Assembly (NCBI GenBank): GCA_002633005.1
Contig: NMRA01000063.1
Span: 728,427-792,426, forward strand
DNA: 64,000 nt
Reading direction: 5' to 3'
Origin: Phoronis australis
Lineage: Eukaryota; Animalia; Phoronida
Shown in pieces: positions 13,401 to 23,450 of the stretch. The number at the start of each line of letters is the position of its first letter. Positions within the stretch are counted from its first letter, which is position 1. The notes under the pieces were generated by a model. It saw only the letters and a program-made list of their open reading frames with translations, was not told where the DNA came from and ran no database searches. Position numbers and translations under genes: made by a program.

Positions 13401-15467
13401 GTCATAACTATGCCCAAGCGTGTGCACCTTCCAATTCTTGTCATGATGATGCCCTTGTAGTGTGCACCCTTCCATTCTTGTCATAACTATGCCCCAGTCG
13501 GGTGCACCTTTCAGTTGTTGTCATAATTATGCCTTGGTACTATGCACCCTTCCATTCTTGTCATAACTATGCCCCGGTCGGGTGCACCGTTCAATTTTTG
13601 TCATAACTAGGCCCTGGTAGTATGCAATCACCCATTCTTGTCAACAGTATGCCCGGTTGCGTTTACCTTTCAATTCTTGTCATAACAATGCCCTGGTGGC
13701 ATGCAACTTGCCATTCTTGTTGTAAGTATGCCCCGGTTGCATTTACTTTCCAAGTCTTGTCATAACTATGCCCTGGTGGTGTGCAACCCTCCATTTTTGT
13801 TATAACTATGCCCTCGTAGCTTACAATGTCCCATTCTTGTCATAACCGTGCCCTGGTAGCGGTTGTTTGAGTTCAATGCTCCACTGAGTTGTTTATCCAG
13901 CAGCTTGTTTCCTTTTGTACTTTCAATGGTACTCTGTGTAACTTAAGGGAGCTAAAAATCTACTTTCGGTCAAAAACATACTTTTGATGTGGGCTACTTA
14001 AAATACTAAAACTTGTATCAGCTCATATTTTGTCTTGAATTAGAAATTATCTCTGGAATAACTAAATGTTTGATGGTGCTTGAGGTCAGGCTGAAAAAGA
14101 TGGCTTGAACCTGCTGCTTGTTTTTTTTTTCTGAGTGTGGTTTCAAGCAAACAAATTATCTGTTTTTCCAAATCCTAGAAGAAAATTTTAATTTTAGTGA
14201 GGAAAATGTTAAAACCAGTTTTATTACAATGTTTGAGTGCAACGAAAAGTAGTTTTTCACAGAAGATGGATTTGTAGAACCTTTGAAATTGTAACAAGTC
14301 TACTTTGGTTATTAATGTTTTGGCATGTTATTTTACTAAGGGATGTTTTGCTTTATGTTTCACAGTGTTAAAGTGCAACAAATATGTCATTATCATGTTT
14401 CACAACACCTGTGCAGTTTTGGAAGTTTTTAAGTGAGCATATTTTGATTTTACAGACATGAGGATCCTTTATTTGTGTTTTCCTCTGCCTTGAAACAAGA
14501 AGAAGAGGACACGACTACAAAAGTGTCACTTGTGAAACCAGTTGTAAAGAGCAGCTGTGAAGACACACGTCAGATATCCATTCGCAGTCTGCTGGGAGTT
14601 AATCAAGATCAGGAGAAAATGAACTCGACCTCCAACAGTGTGCATTCAGGGGGAGGCATGAAAACAAAGCACTTTAACCTCTGTGACCTCATCAATTTCG
14701 CAATCATCAAGACATTTAAAAGTGAAGTTGACAAAGAGAAGCCAAATACTTTGGGTAATGCATCAGAGAGCAAGAAGTCGGTGTTAGAAGCAATATCTCG
14801 GTGTGAAGCTGAGGAGGCTAGGTTGGACCAGACCAAGGTGAGTGTGAATAAAGGACTGTCGAGCAGGCCAATGACACAGTATGTGCGAAACACTACTAAC
14901 AGTGAGGGGTGGAGAGACTTCTCAAACAGCTATCAACTTGCAGCCATGTCTAGTAGGCCTCACGCTCCTCATGTTTCATTAAGCAGCTTCACTAGTATGC
15001 CTGGTCACATAGCCATGACAAACTCGATGATGTACTCTGAACACCTGCGTCACATGCAACGACTTGGCTCCAATGTTCCAGAGAATACACAAAGTACTGC
15101 GCCCATGCAAGACGAACCACTCAACTTGTCATTTAAACCCCAGAAAATCATACATATAGATGAACGGGAGAATCTTGGTTCGTTTAACATGAACAGTAAC
15201 GGTGCTCTTGCAATGTCCAACCAACATAGCCAACCACTGAACAGTGACAAGGCCTCAAGTGTGCGGTCAGACAATAGGAATACTATGACAAGTATGTGGT
15301 CAAGCAATAGGATTATTAGCGAGTGCGGTACCACTAGTTCACCTCACTTGAGTAAAGAAACTACTAGTAGTGAGCCAGTGGAAGGCAAACGCCCCAACTC
15401 CATTCCTGGTTGGTATGGAAAGGGGTTTAACCCAAAGAAACACAAAAGGAAAAAGTCATTCACTTGA
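4380..15467 (+). CDS. SIRT7: NAD-dependent deacylase sirtuin-7, 5'-partial multi-exon gene; exons 4380-4461, 8432-8530, 8959-9195, 11656-11776, 13290-13356, 14456-15467(stop)
   Basis: All introns GT-AG with compatible phases. Spliced peptide reads ...[12 protein letters not shown]..|..[24 protein letters not shown]|[34 protein letters not shown]|[19 protein letters not shown]|KCDQV..PPYN|[24 protein letters not shown], matching the SIRT7 catalytic core and its GW(F/Y)GxG+basic C-terminus. The GAGIST-containing exons were not seen and presumably lie upstream of the window. Confidence 0.95.
5267..6127. mobile_element. Non-autonomous Kolobok-like DNA transposon in a SIRT7 intron
   Basis: TTAA on both sides (5263-5266, 6128-6131); long imperfect TIRs AGGCGAAGACAACCTTTTT... 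/ ...AAAAAGGTTGCCTTTGCCT; internal minus-strand [10 protein letters not shown] resembles a THAP N-terminus. Confidence 0.78.
6976..7191. repeat. 45-bp tandem repeat ~x5
   Basis: gactctgtaacatgtcatatcacactcatgttgttgattacttga. Confidence 0.9.
7510..7895. repeat. ~38-bp minisatellite ~x10, decaying at both edges
   Basis: gatatgatggtccatgttgaacgcgtgcgattggcctg. Confidence 0.88.
8432..8530 (+). CDS. SIRT7: SIRT7 exon ([10 protein letters not shown]...ELHGNMYIE), catalytic His
   Basis: cttcag acceptor, gtaagg donor; QNCDGLH and HGN motifs. Confidence 0.95.
8959..9195 (+). CDS. SIRT7: SIRT7 exon, zinc-binding CxxC...CxxC and FGE/GSSL motifs
   Basis: actcag acceptor, gtgatt donor; CRQC, CHDC, HFGE, GSSLK. 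Confidence 0.95.
10150..11463. mobile_element. Helentron/HINE-like element, near full length
   Basis: Starts with T-run, palindromic gcccacatat..atatggtcgcatat and ctgtctggccgtctg microsatellite (DINE-1-like layout); ends gcgttgctcttgtt. Confidence 0.7.
11656..11776 (+). CDS. SIRT7: SIRT7 exon (VLKKYP...NLQWTPKDD...KING)
   Basis: aacag acceptor; phase-1 donor gtacac at 11777 fits the phase of the next exon. Confidence 0.92.
11779..12434. repeat. 93-bp tandem repeat x7 with alternating variant, starting at a SIRT7 splice donor
   Basis: acaccatttataattttcaactttgttg(c/t)gttgctagtc...taattgtt. Confidence 0.95.
12453..12838. repeat. 76-bp tandem repeat x5
   Basis: aacttgtccctacaagttatggttagagcaaagtgcactaaaaggagaaagtactttttggtgtctcat. 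Confidence 0.95.
13290..13356 (+). CDS. SIRT7: SIRT7 exon ([22 protein letters not shown])
   Basis: gtttag acceptor, gtaagt donor; GKCD motif. Confidence 0.92.
13396..13860. repeat. ~40-bp degenerate minisatellite ~x11
   Basis: ttcttgtcataactatgccctggtagtgtgcacccttcca consensus. Confidence 0.85.
14456..15467 (+). CDS. SIRT7: SIRT7 terminal coding exon with long low-complexity insert
   Basis: ttacag acceptor; starts EDPLF and ends PGWYGKG plus basic NLS-like tail; in frame with ORF 14475-15467. Confidence 0.9.
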
Positions 15468-15936
15468 TATATAGGTGCGTAGCTAGGATATGGTGTTACA
15501 CCATGGTTGAGCAGATCTGATGCACTGTGCACAACTCAAGGTTAATATGTCTGCAATTGTCATTGAAATTATCCCACGTAGTTATTTTTCACAGTTGCAA
15601 TTTTCCATTTTAAGGGCTGATAACATTGTACATTGTTGAAGTTGAGTTTTGTTTTATGATATCAGTTCATGAAAGTATCAATCATGCTAACAGGCATGTA
15701 AGATGTTATTTGTCGACAAACTAACACAATTCCTCCATTCAACTTGATTGTCATTAAAATGCCACTCTTGGGTATAATGCTTTTCTTTGCTTTCTAGGTT
15801 GACTTTGCATATTGTAAAGCAAATTTTCTGCAATGAACATTTAAAAACAAGATAATAAGTGGTTTATGGACATAGAAATAATTGATAGTTTGCTAATACT
15901 TGAGATCATGGTAGACGCATAGAATGAGTGACTGTC

Positions 15937-16325
15937 ACAAGCCAACTTGTTGAGTCTGCTGTTCAGCAGTAACAAGCCAACTTGTTGAGTCTGGTGTTTA
16001 GCAGTAACAAGCCAACTTGTTGAGTCTGCTGTTTAGCAGTAACAAGCCAACTTGTTAAGTATGGTGTTTAGCAGTAACAAGCCAACTTGTTGAGTCTGCT
16101 GTTCAGCAGTAACAAGCCAACTTGTTGAGTCTGCTGTTTAGCAGTAACAAGCCAACTTGTTGAGTCTGCTGTTTAGCAGTAACAAGCCAACTTGTTGAGT
16201 CTGCTGTTTAGCAGTAACAAGCCAACTTGTTGAGTCTGGTGTTTAGCAGTAACAAGCCAACATGTTGAGCCTGCTGTTTAGCAGTAACAAGCCAACTTGT
16301 TGAGTCTGGTGTTTAGCAGTAACAA
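15937..16325. repeat. 35-bp minisatellite x11 in the presumed SIRT7 3' UTR
   Basis: aacaagccaacttgttgagtctgctgtttagcagt. Confidence 0.95.
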
Positions 16326-16608
16326 CAAGTCCAGTCATTCTAAACCTACCAATGATCTAAAATTTTAATAACAAACATATATAGACCAATTTCAAGTAAG
16401 GTAAATAATTTAATTTGATAGTTAATTCTTTTGACGGAAGGTCACTTTATATCACTATAAATTTCGAACTCCAAGGTGTGCTTAATCTATCACGGCACCT
16501 TGAAACCATCAAGTTAACTGGAAATTAATATATATATACTCCTTATTTTAACAGGGATGCAAGGAACTGTGATTTGGTAAAAGAACTGGAACAAATGATA
16601 TAATTAAG

Positions 16609-16870
16609 CATGCGCGCACCCAGCCTAGAAAGTGAGGGGCGCGAATTATTGGGAATGTGGACCTTTTTGCTAAAAAATGAAAAAATTAAAAAATCAGGTT
16701 CCGTTCACAACTGTGAATTGTGCATTCGCGAAATTTAGGTAGTTCCTGCCTTTTCAGTGGACTTTTGTCTCGTTTTCTACTTTTTTCAGAGTTTTTGTTT
16801 CTCCAAGGTGCACCTTTTTGCCCACTTCATCAAATAGAGGGGGTGGGGCTTGCCGCTGGGTGAGCGCATG
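16609..16870. mobile_element. hAT-like MITE with CATGCGC termini and 6-bp TSD ATTAAG
   Basis: attaag|catgcgcgcaccc...gggtgagcgcatg|attaag; internal sequence matches 43894-44150 in opposite orientation. Confidence 0.7.
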
Positions 16871-17630
16871 ATTAAGTAGTCCGACATTTGGCATTGCTGT
16901 ATTTTAAAGTACAATTTTCTCATTACCACTCGACTGTAACTTTTTAACACAGCATACTACATAGGATTATGTACAACATACTATAAGGATTATATCATCT
17001 TGTTTGGCTGGGCAAAAACAAAATGTTGACTTGTTAGCAGAATCACTTTGAGATTTGTAACGTTGTAACAATAATACCCTCTTGAATTATTACTGAATTA
17101 GTCAACTCAAACCACAGCTTATTTACATGCGCTATTGTGCAATTTGCAATTTTATGTTTGGCCAACACTAATGAATTCTAAAGTGTATTCTTGAGTTGCT
17201 GATGATTATGATATTCTTGTTGATAACAGAAATAGTAAGGAATATTATGAGAATGCCATGGTTTTATGAGAGTTAAAGGCTCATTCCATGTTTGTTTTGT
17301 AGGCAGTTGAACAGGGTGAAGTACAGTGTTAAGTGTTTTGACAAAATCAAATCTTTGACTTTTCGGGAGACAATCTTACAGCCTTAAATTAATTGATTGA
17401 TGTAAAAGTGCATATGAATTATTATTTATGAGAAGGATGTGATTACCATGGTTATCCAGTGTTGTGTGAATATTTCAATGTCATGGCAAGCACTACTGTT
17501 ATTACTTGTTTGTATTTGATTTTGAAGTATTTTAGGCTTAAAAATTGCTTTTACTTACCATAAGTTTCTTCTGATTAGCTCTGTTAGTTGCTAGGCAACA
17601 GGATGGAATCCTGGTGCCATTCCCCATTTG

Positions 17631-17636
17631 AATAAA
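17631..17636 (+). terminator. candidate polyadenylation signal AATAAA for SIRT7
   Basis: AATAAA followed by T-rich sequence about 2.1 kb after the stop; no transcript support. Confidence 0.3.
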
Positions 17637-18454
17637 CTATTTTATATAACCTGTCCAAAACCTTTCTCTTTTAGTGTGCCTAACCATGGTAATGTTTAGC
17701 AGAATCTAAAGGGCAATGCTATTTGAACATCATCTACGCTAAGCAAAGTGCAGTTGTATTCATTGACATTTTGCAAATGTGAAAAGAAAAAATTCTGCAA
17801 ATAGGTGACCTTTGCGCTAATGACGCACGCACACCCACCCACCCACCCACCCACCCACNNNNNNNNNNNNNNNNNNNNNNNNNNNNNNNNNNNNNNNNNN
17901 NNNNNNNNNNNNNNNNNNNNNNNNNNNNNNNNNNNNNNNNNNNNNNNNNNNNNNNNNNNNNNNNNNNNNNNNNNNNNNNNNNNNNNNNNNNNNNNNNNNN
18001 NNNNNNNNNNNNNNNNNNNNNNNNNNNNNNNNNNNNNNNNNNNNNNNNNNNNNNNNNNNNNNNNNNNNNNNNNNNNNNNNNNNNNNNNNNNNNNNNNNNN
18101 NNNNNNNNNNNNNNNNNNNNNNNNNNNNNNNNNNNNNNNNNNNNNNNNNNNNNNNNNNNNNNNNNNNNNNNNNNNNNNNNNNNNNNNNNNNNNNNNNNNN
18201 NNNNNNNNNNNNNNNNNNNNNNNNNNNNNNNNNNNNNNNNNNNNNNNNNNNNNNNNNNNNNNNNNNNNNNNNNNNNNNNNNNNNNNNNNNNNNNNNNNNN
18301 NNNNNNNNNNNNNNNNNNNNNNNNNNNNNNNNNNNNNNNNNNNNNNNNNNNNNNNNNNNNNNNNNNNNCCGGCAACTGGACGCAGAGTACGTCTACATAT
18401 TCGGAAAAACGGCACACGGTTTCTTCACGATTTCCATTACCCACCGGCGGCTAT

Positions 18455-18970
18455 TAGAAACCCCGGCACCAAAAAAAAAAAACAAAAAACTTTTGAATCA
18501 ATTTAGATCGAGTATTTCCACTCGATAACAGCAAGTTCAGTTGTTTTACCTGACTATGACGTAATCGGTTCGAACGCAGTTTGTTCAGCCGTTCACAACA
18601 CGCTTACTGGTGGCAACTTATCGCTTGAATGCATCGTTTTCCACCAATAAATCATCAAATTTCGAAGTACAACCCTTACAAATACGTCGAGTTCTTGAAA
18701 AAACCTGTTGTTTTATTTCATTGTTACGGATTTATAGGTATTCGAAGGTACGGTAGCCTACAGAGTTCGGTCAAGGTGTGTATACTCCTAGGTTTGGTTA
18801 GCCAATTTATCATGGTAGATCGCTGGAGTTTGGGTCTGTTTGGTGATAAATTCGAATCATTCTTCCGTGAAATACAGACATGAAAGATTGCTGTGTGTTG
18901 TACTTTTGGACTTGCGATTTTTTCAGTTCTAAACACAAAACGCTTGTTATCCAATTGCTCACTTCACGCT
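18455..18970 (-). mobile_element. Diverged inverted copy of the right end of the Kolobok-like element at 32950-33468
   Basis: Shared blocks, e.g. atcaatttagatcgagta..actcgataac and cttatcgcttgaat..accaataaatcatcaaa, in opposite orientation. Confidence 0.7.
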
Positions 18971-19670
18971 GGTACTTTGCTCCAGTTCCACGATATGGCG
19001 ATAAAGATAAGGCATTTCCTGAAATATTTTCCTCTGATTTATTACCTAAATGGGTACTGTTGCTGAAGTTTGAGGTACACTCGCTATGAGTCATCGTTAA
19101 CTTCAGTAGCGGAGTGTTGGCTGCGGGAGATGCGACGTACCTCACACACTTATGATTACGCATTAAATACCATTCGTCATATGCAACGAACAGGTAAAAT
19201 TTGGGCAATAAAAAATCAAGTTTGTATAAAAAGAATCAAAATGGGAATCAAAAACAACCAAACAAAGTAGCAACGCGTTTACGCTCACATTGATGTCGAT
19301 ACGTTTTCAAGGACATTACCGTCATTCAGGAACTCAGGTCACGAAAATAGACGGGAATAGTCGATGAATTTTTGATCTCGGCCGAGGTATAAAAGGTAGC
19401 AAAAAAGGCTTTTAGTTTGATAACAGAAAGGATGTGAACATTATGGCATGTTGCATATTACTTAATTTGGTATGTATTTTTAAGTTTTTGAACTAGATTG
19501 CCCTTTGATAAAATGACTTCAAGTCACTTTTCATGAGACACACACACACCAGACCTCACATTATCAGTGTGGTCATATGCCAATGAGCTAAAATGCAAAC
19601 TTAATCCAAGTTCGGAACTAAGTGAACTAAGAATTACAATGTCAACAATATATTAAGATTCATGACGTTC

Positions 19671-22600
19671 CTAATTTGGGGAAATACAAGAGAACGAGTT
19701 CTGGGACTTGATCCGCTTAGGTGATAAATTAGGGTGTTCATATTTTGATTCAAATGAAGCGGTGCTGCTTTTGGGTGTAACAATTCTCCTTTGTGGCTGA
19801 ATTAGGCTTCTGCTGGTCCCAGCAGAACACACTGTGCTTGCGCTTTTACTGCGTCTCGTCATGGTTTCGCCCTTATTCTGTTTGTGGACTGTTTCCTTCA
19901 AAAACAGTTTTTGTAATGACGACATCTCTTTAGGGTCCCGTTTAGGAGCGCTTTCGACATATGCTTTACAAAATCGTTGAAAATACGATTTCGATAACTT
20001 GCTGTTCAACTCCGTATGTACACCACTTGCTGTAATGGGTTGCATCCCTACCTTATTTTTATATCTAGGAAATTTGAAAAGTGTACACGCCTTCTTCCAT
20101 CTTTCTTTTGGACATCGCGACTCTGCAGGTGCTTCACAATTCCTTTCATTAATAGTTTTCAAACAATCGTTTGCACACTTGATGAACCTTCTGTCAATAT
20201 TCACGACTCCAAACCTTTCAGCTCCTAAACGGGGCTCGCATTTTTCAAGAGCTTCTTTTAAATCACTTTCACGGCGAGATACAATTGCTTTCGTCAACTC
20301 ATCTTTGATTGACTTCACTGCATCTGAGGTATCTTTATTACTTTCGTCAATCACTTGCTCTGCTCTAGCGATGATTTCCGTGTCCATGACGATCATGTTA
20401 CGAAGACAATACATTCTGTAATTCAGGAGAGCTAGCCTGGAGGTGCATTCCTCCCCAACGTCTATAGCAATTCGTAACTTTGTTTTTAGCTCCGCAGCTT
20501 CTCGTTTAGCTCTTGAAGCTCGTTCATTGGCTTGACTCAGAGTCTCCAAAGAAGTTTCAGCAGCAATGACGTACTTCCTGTCGATAGGAATATTTCCTAC
20601 GAGATTCTTTGAATATTCTTCGTAACTACTTATAGCTTGTTTAATTTCGCTTTCATTACGCGACATGATTGCCTTAATAAATCCGTTCTTTATGATCTCC
20701 ACAGTGGTCGACACCCCGCTATTCCATTTTCTAATTTCTCGTTCTGCACGTGTTACGATAACGTGGTCTAGCAGCACATCTTGTTCTTGACACAGAGTTA
20801 CATATCTTGCCAAAGCGAGATGAACCGAAAATTCATCTTTAGACTTGATTGCAGCAAGCAACTCTTGCCTTTGAAGATGTGTCTCCTTCGAAGATTTCAA
20901 GGAGCTTTTTCCAGCGTTCCTCAGCGCTTGTTTTGCAGCGTTTACAAATTTCTTATCAATAAAAAATCTGTTTTTGTCTTTCGAAAGCTTTTCATATTTT
21001 TCCAATGCGGTGGCAATAAAATCAGCATTCTGAGATAAAATGGCCTGCAGTAATTGACTTTTCATTGATTCTTCCTCAACAGAGTAAGTTGCGCTCCACT
21101 CACTAATGTGTTTCTCTGCCACTGCAACGGTAGCTCGGTCAACAACAACGTCATGCTTGTGCCGCTCACTGTAGTCTATGTATCTGAGCAGGTTTAGTCT
21201 GACGCCAAACTCGTCCTTTGACCGAATTGCTTTCATTAGCTCTTGGTTAAGTTCGCCAGCTTCTCGCACGTGTCTGTCAGACGCTTTCTTAACCCTCTTA
21301 AGTGCACTATTTGCGCCTTTAGCGAATTTTTTATCGATAGAAAACTGAGCGTGGTGCTCCTTTTTTAGTTCTTCATACTTCCCTAGACACTTGTACAGAT
21401 TTGTTTCGTTTTGGGACACGATTGAAGCAGTCATTTCGTCCTTAATACGCTTCTCTGCTTCACTACTCTTTTTGTTGTGGAAACTTATTTCTTGTTCTGC
21501 CATCGTAATCAACGCTTTATCCATAGGAATGGTTGAATGGTTATATCCAAATGTAGTGTAGTGCAGAAGTAACACTCTCACACGGTATTCGTCATTTGCT
21601 TCGACTGCTTTCTGTAATTTAATCTTGAGTTCCTTTGCTTCATTGAGAATGTCCGTAACATTCACCAGTTCAATCTTGCTACGTACACTACACCTCTCGT
21701 GAAATTTATCAAAGGCAATTTTTCCCTTGCATTCAACAAATATTACTACGACAATTCCTGTAACTACAAAAATTACACTTACAGGCAAGAGAATTAACTC
21801 AATAAGACCTAAAAACGTTAGTTCATAAGTCAGTGAAAATGTTTCCATGAGGTTGTTATCCGTTCCGTAAGCTGATGCAAAAGCCATCGCTTGGACAATG
21901 CAAGTGACATTTTGTGGGCGTATTTGGTTTTCACTAAAGTAGATTATCAAAGAACTTCTGCTATTTTCGAACTTAACACCGTCACGTGCTTTTGTAATAT
22001 TATTCCTTACACAATCAGCAATCGTAGAATCTTTACACCATGTAACGTGTGTGTATTCCAAGGGGTCAGATTCCGTGAAGCAGTGCAATGCAACGCGTTC
22101 ACTGTTTTTTCCGATAGTGATTTCTCCTCCCGGCTGTGTTCCGTTCCTCCATCTAAAGGGAGTCACAACCACAAGATAACCAGCAGATGTGAACAATAGT
22201 CCTTGGTTGTCATAAAGAGCACACTGAACCAAAGTTATGTTCTCGCTTCTTTGTACTTGAGACAGAATTAGCTTTTTATCAATCAATTTCGCAGTCTTTA
22301 GCGTTGACGCTTCCATATTATTCACAGACCACCTCCGAGTCATGCAGTGGGCTGACTTACTACTAGCCGAGCATTCAAATGTTACGTTGCTTCCCTCAGT
22401 AACAACCGTGTCCTTAGGACGTGCGTTGTCGTCGAGTACAAGGGGATGAAGTACACTTACGGACATGACAGCTCTACCAACGACCCTGCCTGAGACGGGG
22501 TCGACTCCCGTGCAAGTATAGCTGCCCTCGTGGCGTCTTTCAGTCATAAACACTTCAAACGTAGAGCCGCGACTTTTACCTAATTTCCCGTTGGTCGCCG

Positions 22601-23450
22601 GAAACGTGAACGGGACAGTCCAGTTGACTACAGGCAATGGTCTACCAACAAATATGCAGATTAGCTTGAAGTTTGAGCCGACTGGGACCTGTTCGAGATT
22701 GTTTGAAGAGTACACTAGACGCTGTGACTCGGACATTGGACTCCAAACTTTACGTTTTGTAATAGAATAGCTGTCTAAAAGCTCCGTGCGCTGCGCACGC
22801 AAGTTCTCCACTTCACAGGCGAGTGCAATATTTCCGTTAAACTCGTCAATATCTTCATCAACAATGTATACGTATATTAGAGTACCGTTATCAGGTCGAA
22901 CACGACGACGAACATCTTCGTCAAATGGCTTTAATTTAGTTCGAGAGTCTTTGGTAACCCACCACCATCTGTATGCAGGCGGTGGGAAAGACTCTAAAAT
23001 CGGTGTACACGGAATTTCGAGTGACTGGTTCACCGCACCCACAACAGACCCTCTGTATTGAGCTGAATCACTTCTTATCTCCTCCATGAAATAAACATCT
23101 ACTTTAGCAAACGAAGATGCGTCTTTACCAAACACATTGGAGGCAGAACATTGGTAGAAAACACTGTGCTCATTTGTTATATTCATGAGCTCAAGGATAT
23201 TACTTGAGTGTTCCATCCTGATTGTTTTGCTATTTGTAGGATAAGACTTACTGAATTTCTTGGTCCATTCATACGTAATGTTACCAGATCCTTCCGCGCA
23301 ACATTCGAGTTGCACGTCTGCGCCATAGACTACACCTTTTGACTTGGGGTGCCTCGTTATTTTGGGTGGGTAATTGAATTTTGCTTTCGCGAAAATGGGC
23401 AAGGTCAGTAACGTCGTGACAAATACCACAGTCACGTGAAAGATAAACAT
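19671..23450 (-). CDS. Intronless type-I transmembrane protein (1259 aa): signal peptide, 5 Ig domains (neuroglian/L1/hemolin-like), TM helix, cytoplasmic 4 x ~125-aa helical repeats, basic Ser-rich tail
   Basis: Uninterrupted 3.8-kb ORF; the first ATG (23450) begins hydrophobic MFIFHVTVVFVTTLLTLPIFAKA; five C...W...C Ig pairs (LECC/YQC, IPC/LAC, LIC/YTC, FEC/VQC, LHC/VTC); TM FLGLIELILLPVSVIFVVTGIVVVIFVEC at ~21730-21815. Confidence 0.88.
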   Translation of the reverse strand: MFIFHVTVVFVTTLLTLPIFAKAKFNYPPKITRHPKSKGVVYGADVQLECCAEGSGNITYEWTKKFSKSYPTNSKTIRMEHSSNILELMNITNEHSVFYQCSASNVFGKDASSFAKVDVYFMEEIRSDSAQYRGSVVGAVNQSLEIPCTPILESFPPPAYRWWWVTKDSRTKLKPFDEDVRRRVRPDNGTLIYVYIVDEDIDEFNGNIALACEVENLRAQRTELLDSYSITKRKVWSPMSESQRLVYSSNNLEQVPVGSNFKLICIFVGRPLPVVNWTVPFTFPATNGKLGKSRGSTFEVFMTERRHEGSYTCTGVDPVSGRVVGRAVMSVSVLHPLVLDDNARPKDTVVTEGSNVTFECSASSKSAHCMTRRWSVNNMEASTLKTAKLIDKKLILSQVQRSENITLVQCALYDNQGLLFTSAGYLVVVTPFRWRNGTQPGGEITIGKNSERVALHCFTESDPLEYTHVTWCKDSTIADCVRNNITKARDGVKFENSRSSLIIYFSENQIRPQNVTCIVQAMAFASAYGTDNNLMETFSLTYELTFLGLIELILLPVSVIFVVTGIVVVIFVECKGKIAFDKFHERCSVRSKIELVNVTDILNEAKELKIKLQKAVEANDEYRVRVLLLHYTTFGYNHSTIPMDKALITMAEQEISFHNKKSSEAEKRIKDEMTASIVSQNETNLYKCLGKYEELKKEHHAQFSIDKKFAKGANSALKRVKKASDRHVREAGELNQELMKAIRSKDEFGVRLNLLRYIDYSERHKHDVVVDRATVAVAEKHISEWSATYSVEEESMKSQLLQAILSQNADFIATALEKYEKLSKDKNRFFIDKKFVNAAKQALRNAGKSSLKSSKETHLQRQELLAAIKSKDEFSVHLALARYVTLCQEQDVLLDHVIVTRAEREIRKWNSGVSTTVEIIKNGFIKAIMSRNESEIKQAISSYEEYSKNLVGNIPIDRKYVIAAETSLETLSQANERASRAKREAAELKTKLRIAIDVGEECTSRLALLNYRMYCLRNMIVMDTEIIARAEQVIDESNKDTSDAVKSIKDELTKAIVSRRESDLKEALEKCEPRLGAERFGVVNIDRRFIKCANDCLKTINERNCEAPAESRCPKERWKKACTLFKFPRYKNKVGMQPITASGVHTELNSKLSKSYFQRFCKAYVESAPKRDPKEMSSLQKLFLKETVHKQNKGETMTRRSKSASTVCSAGTSRSLIQPQRRIVTPKSSTASFESKYEHPNLSPKRIKSQNSFSCISPN

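Noticed and set aside
17696-18506. ORFs spanning N runs (also 32737-33010)
   Set aside because: Artefacts of assembly gaps translated as X.
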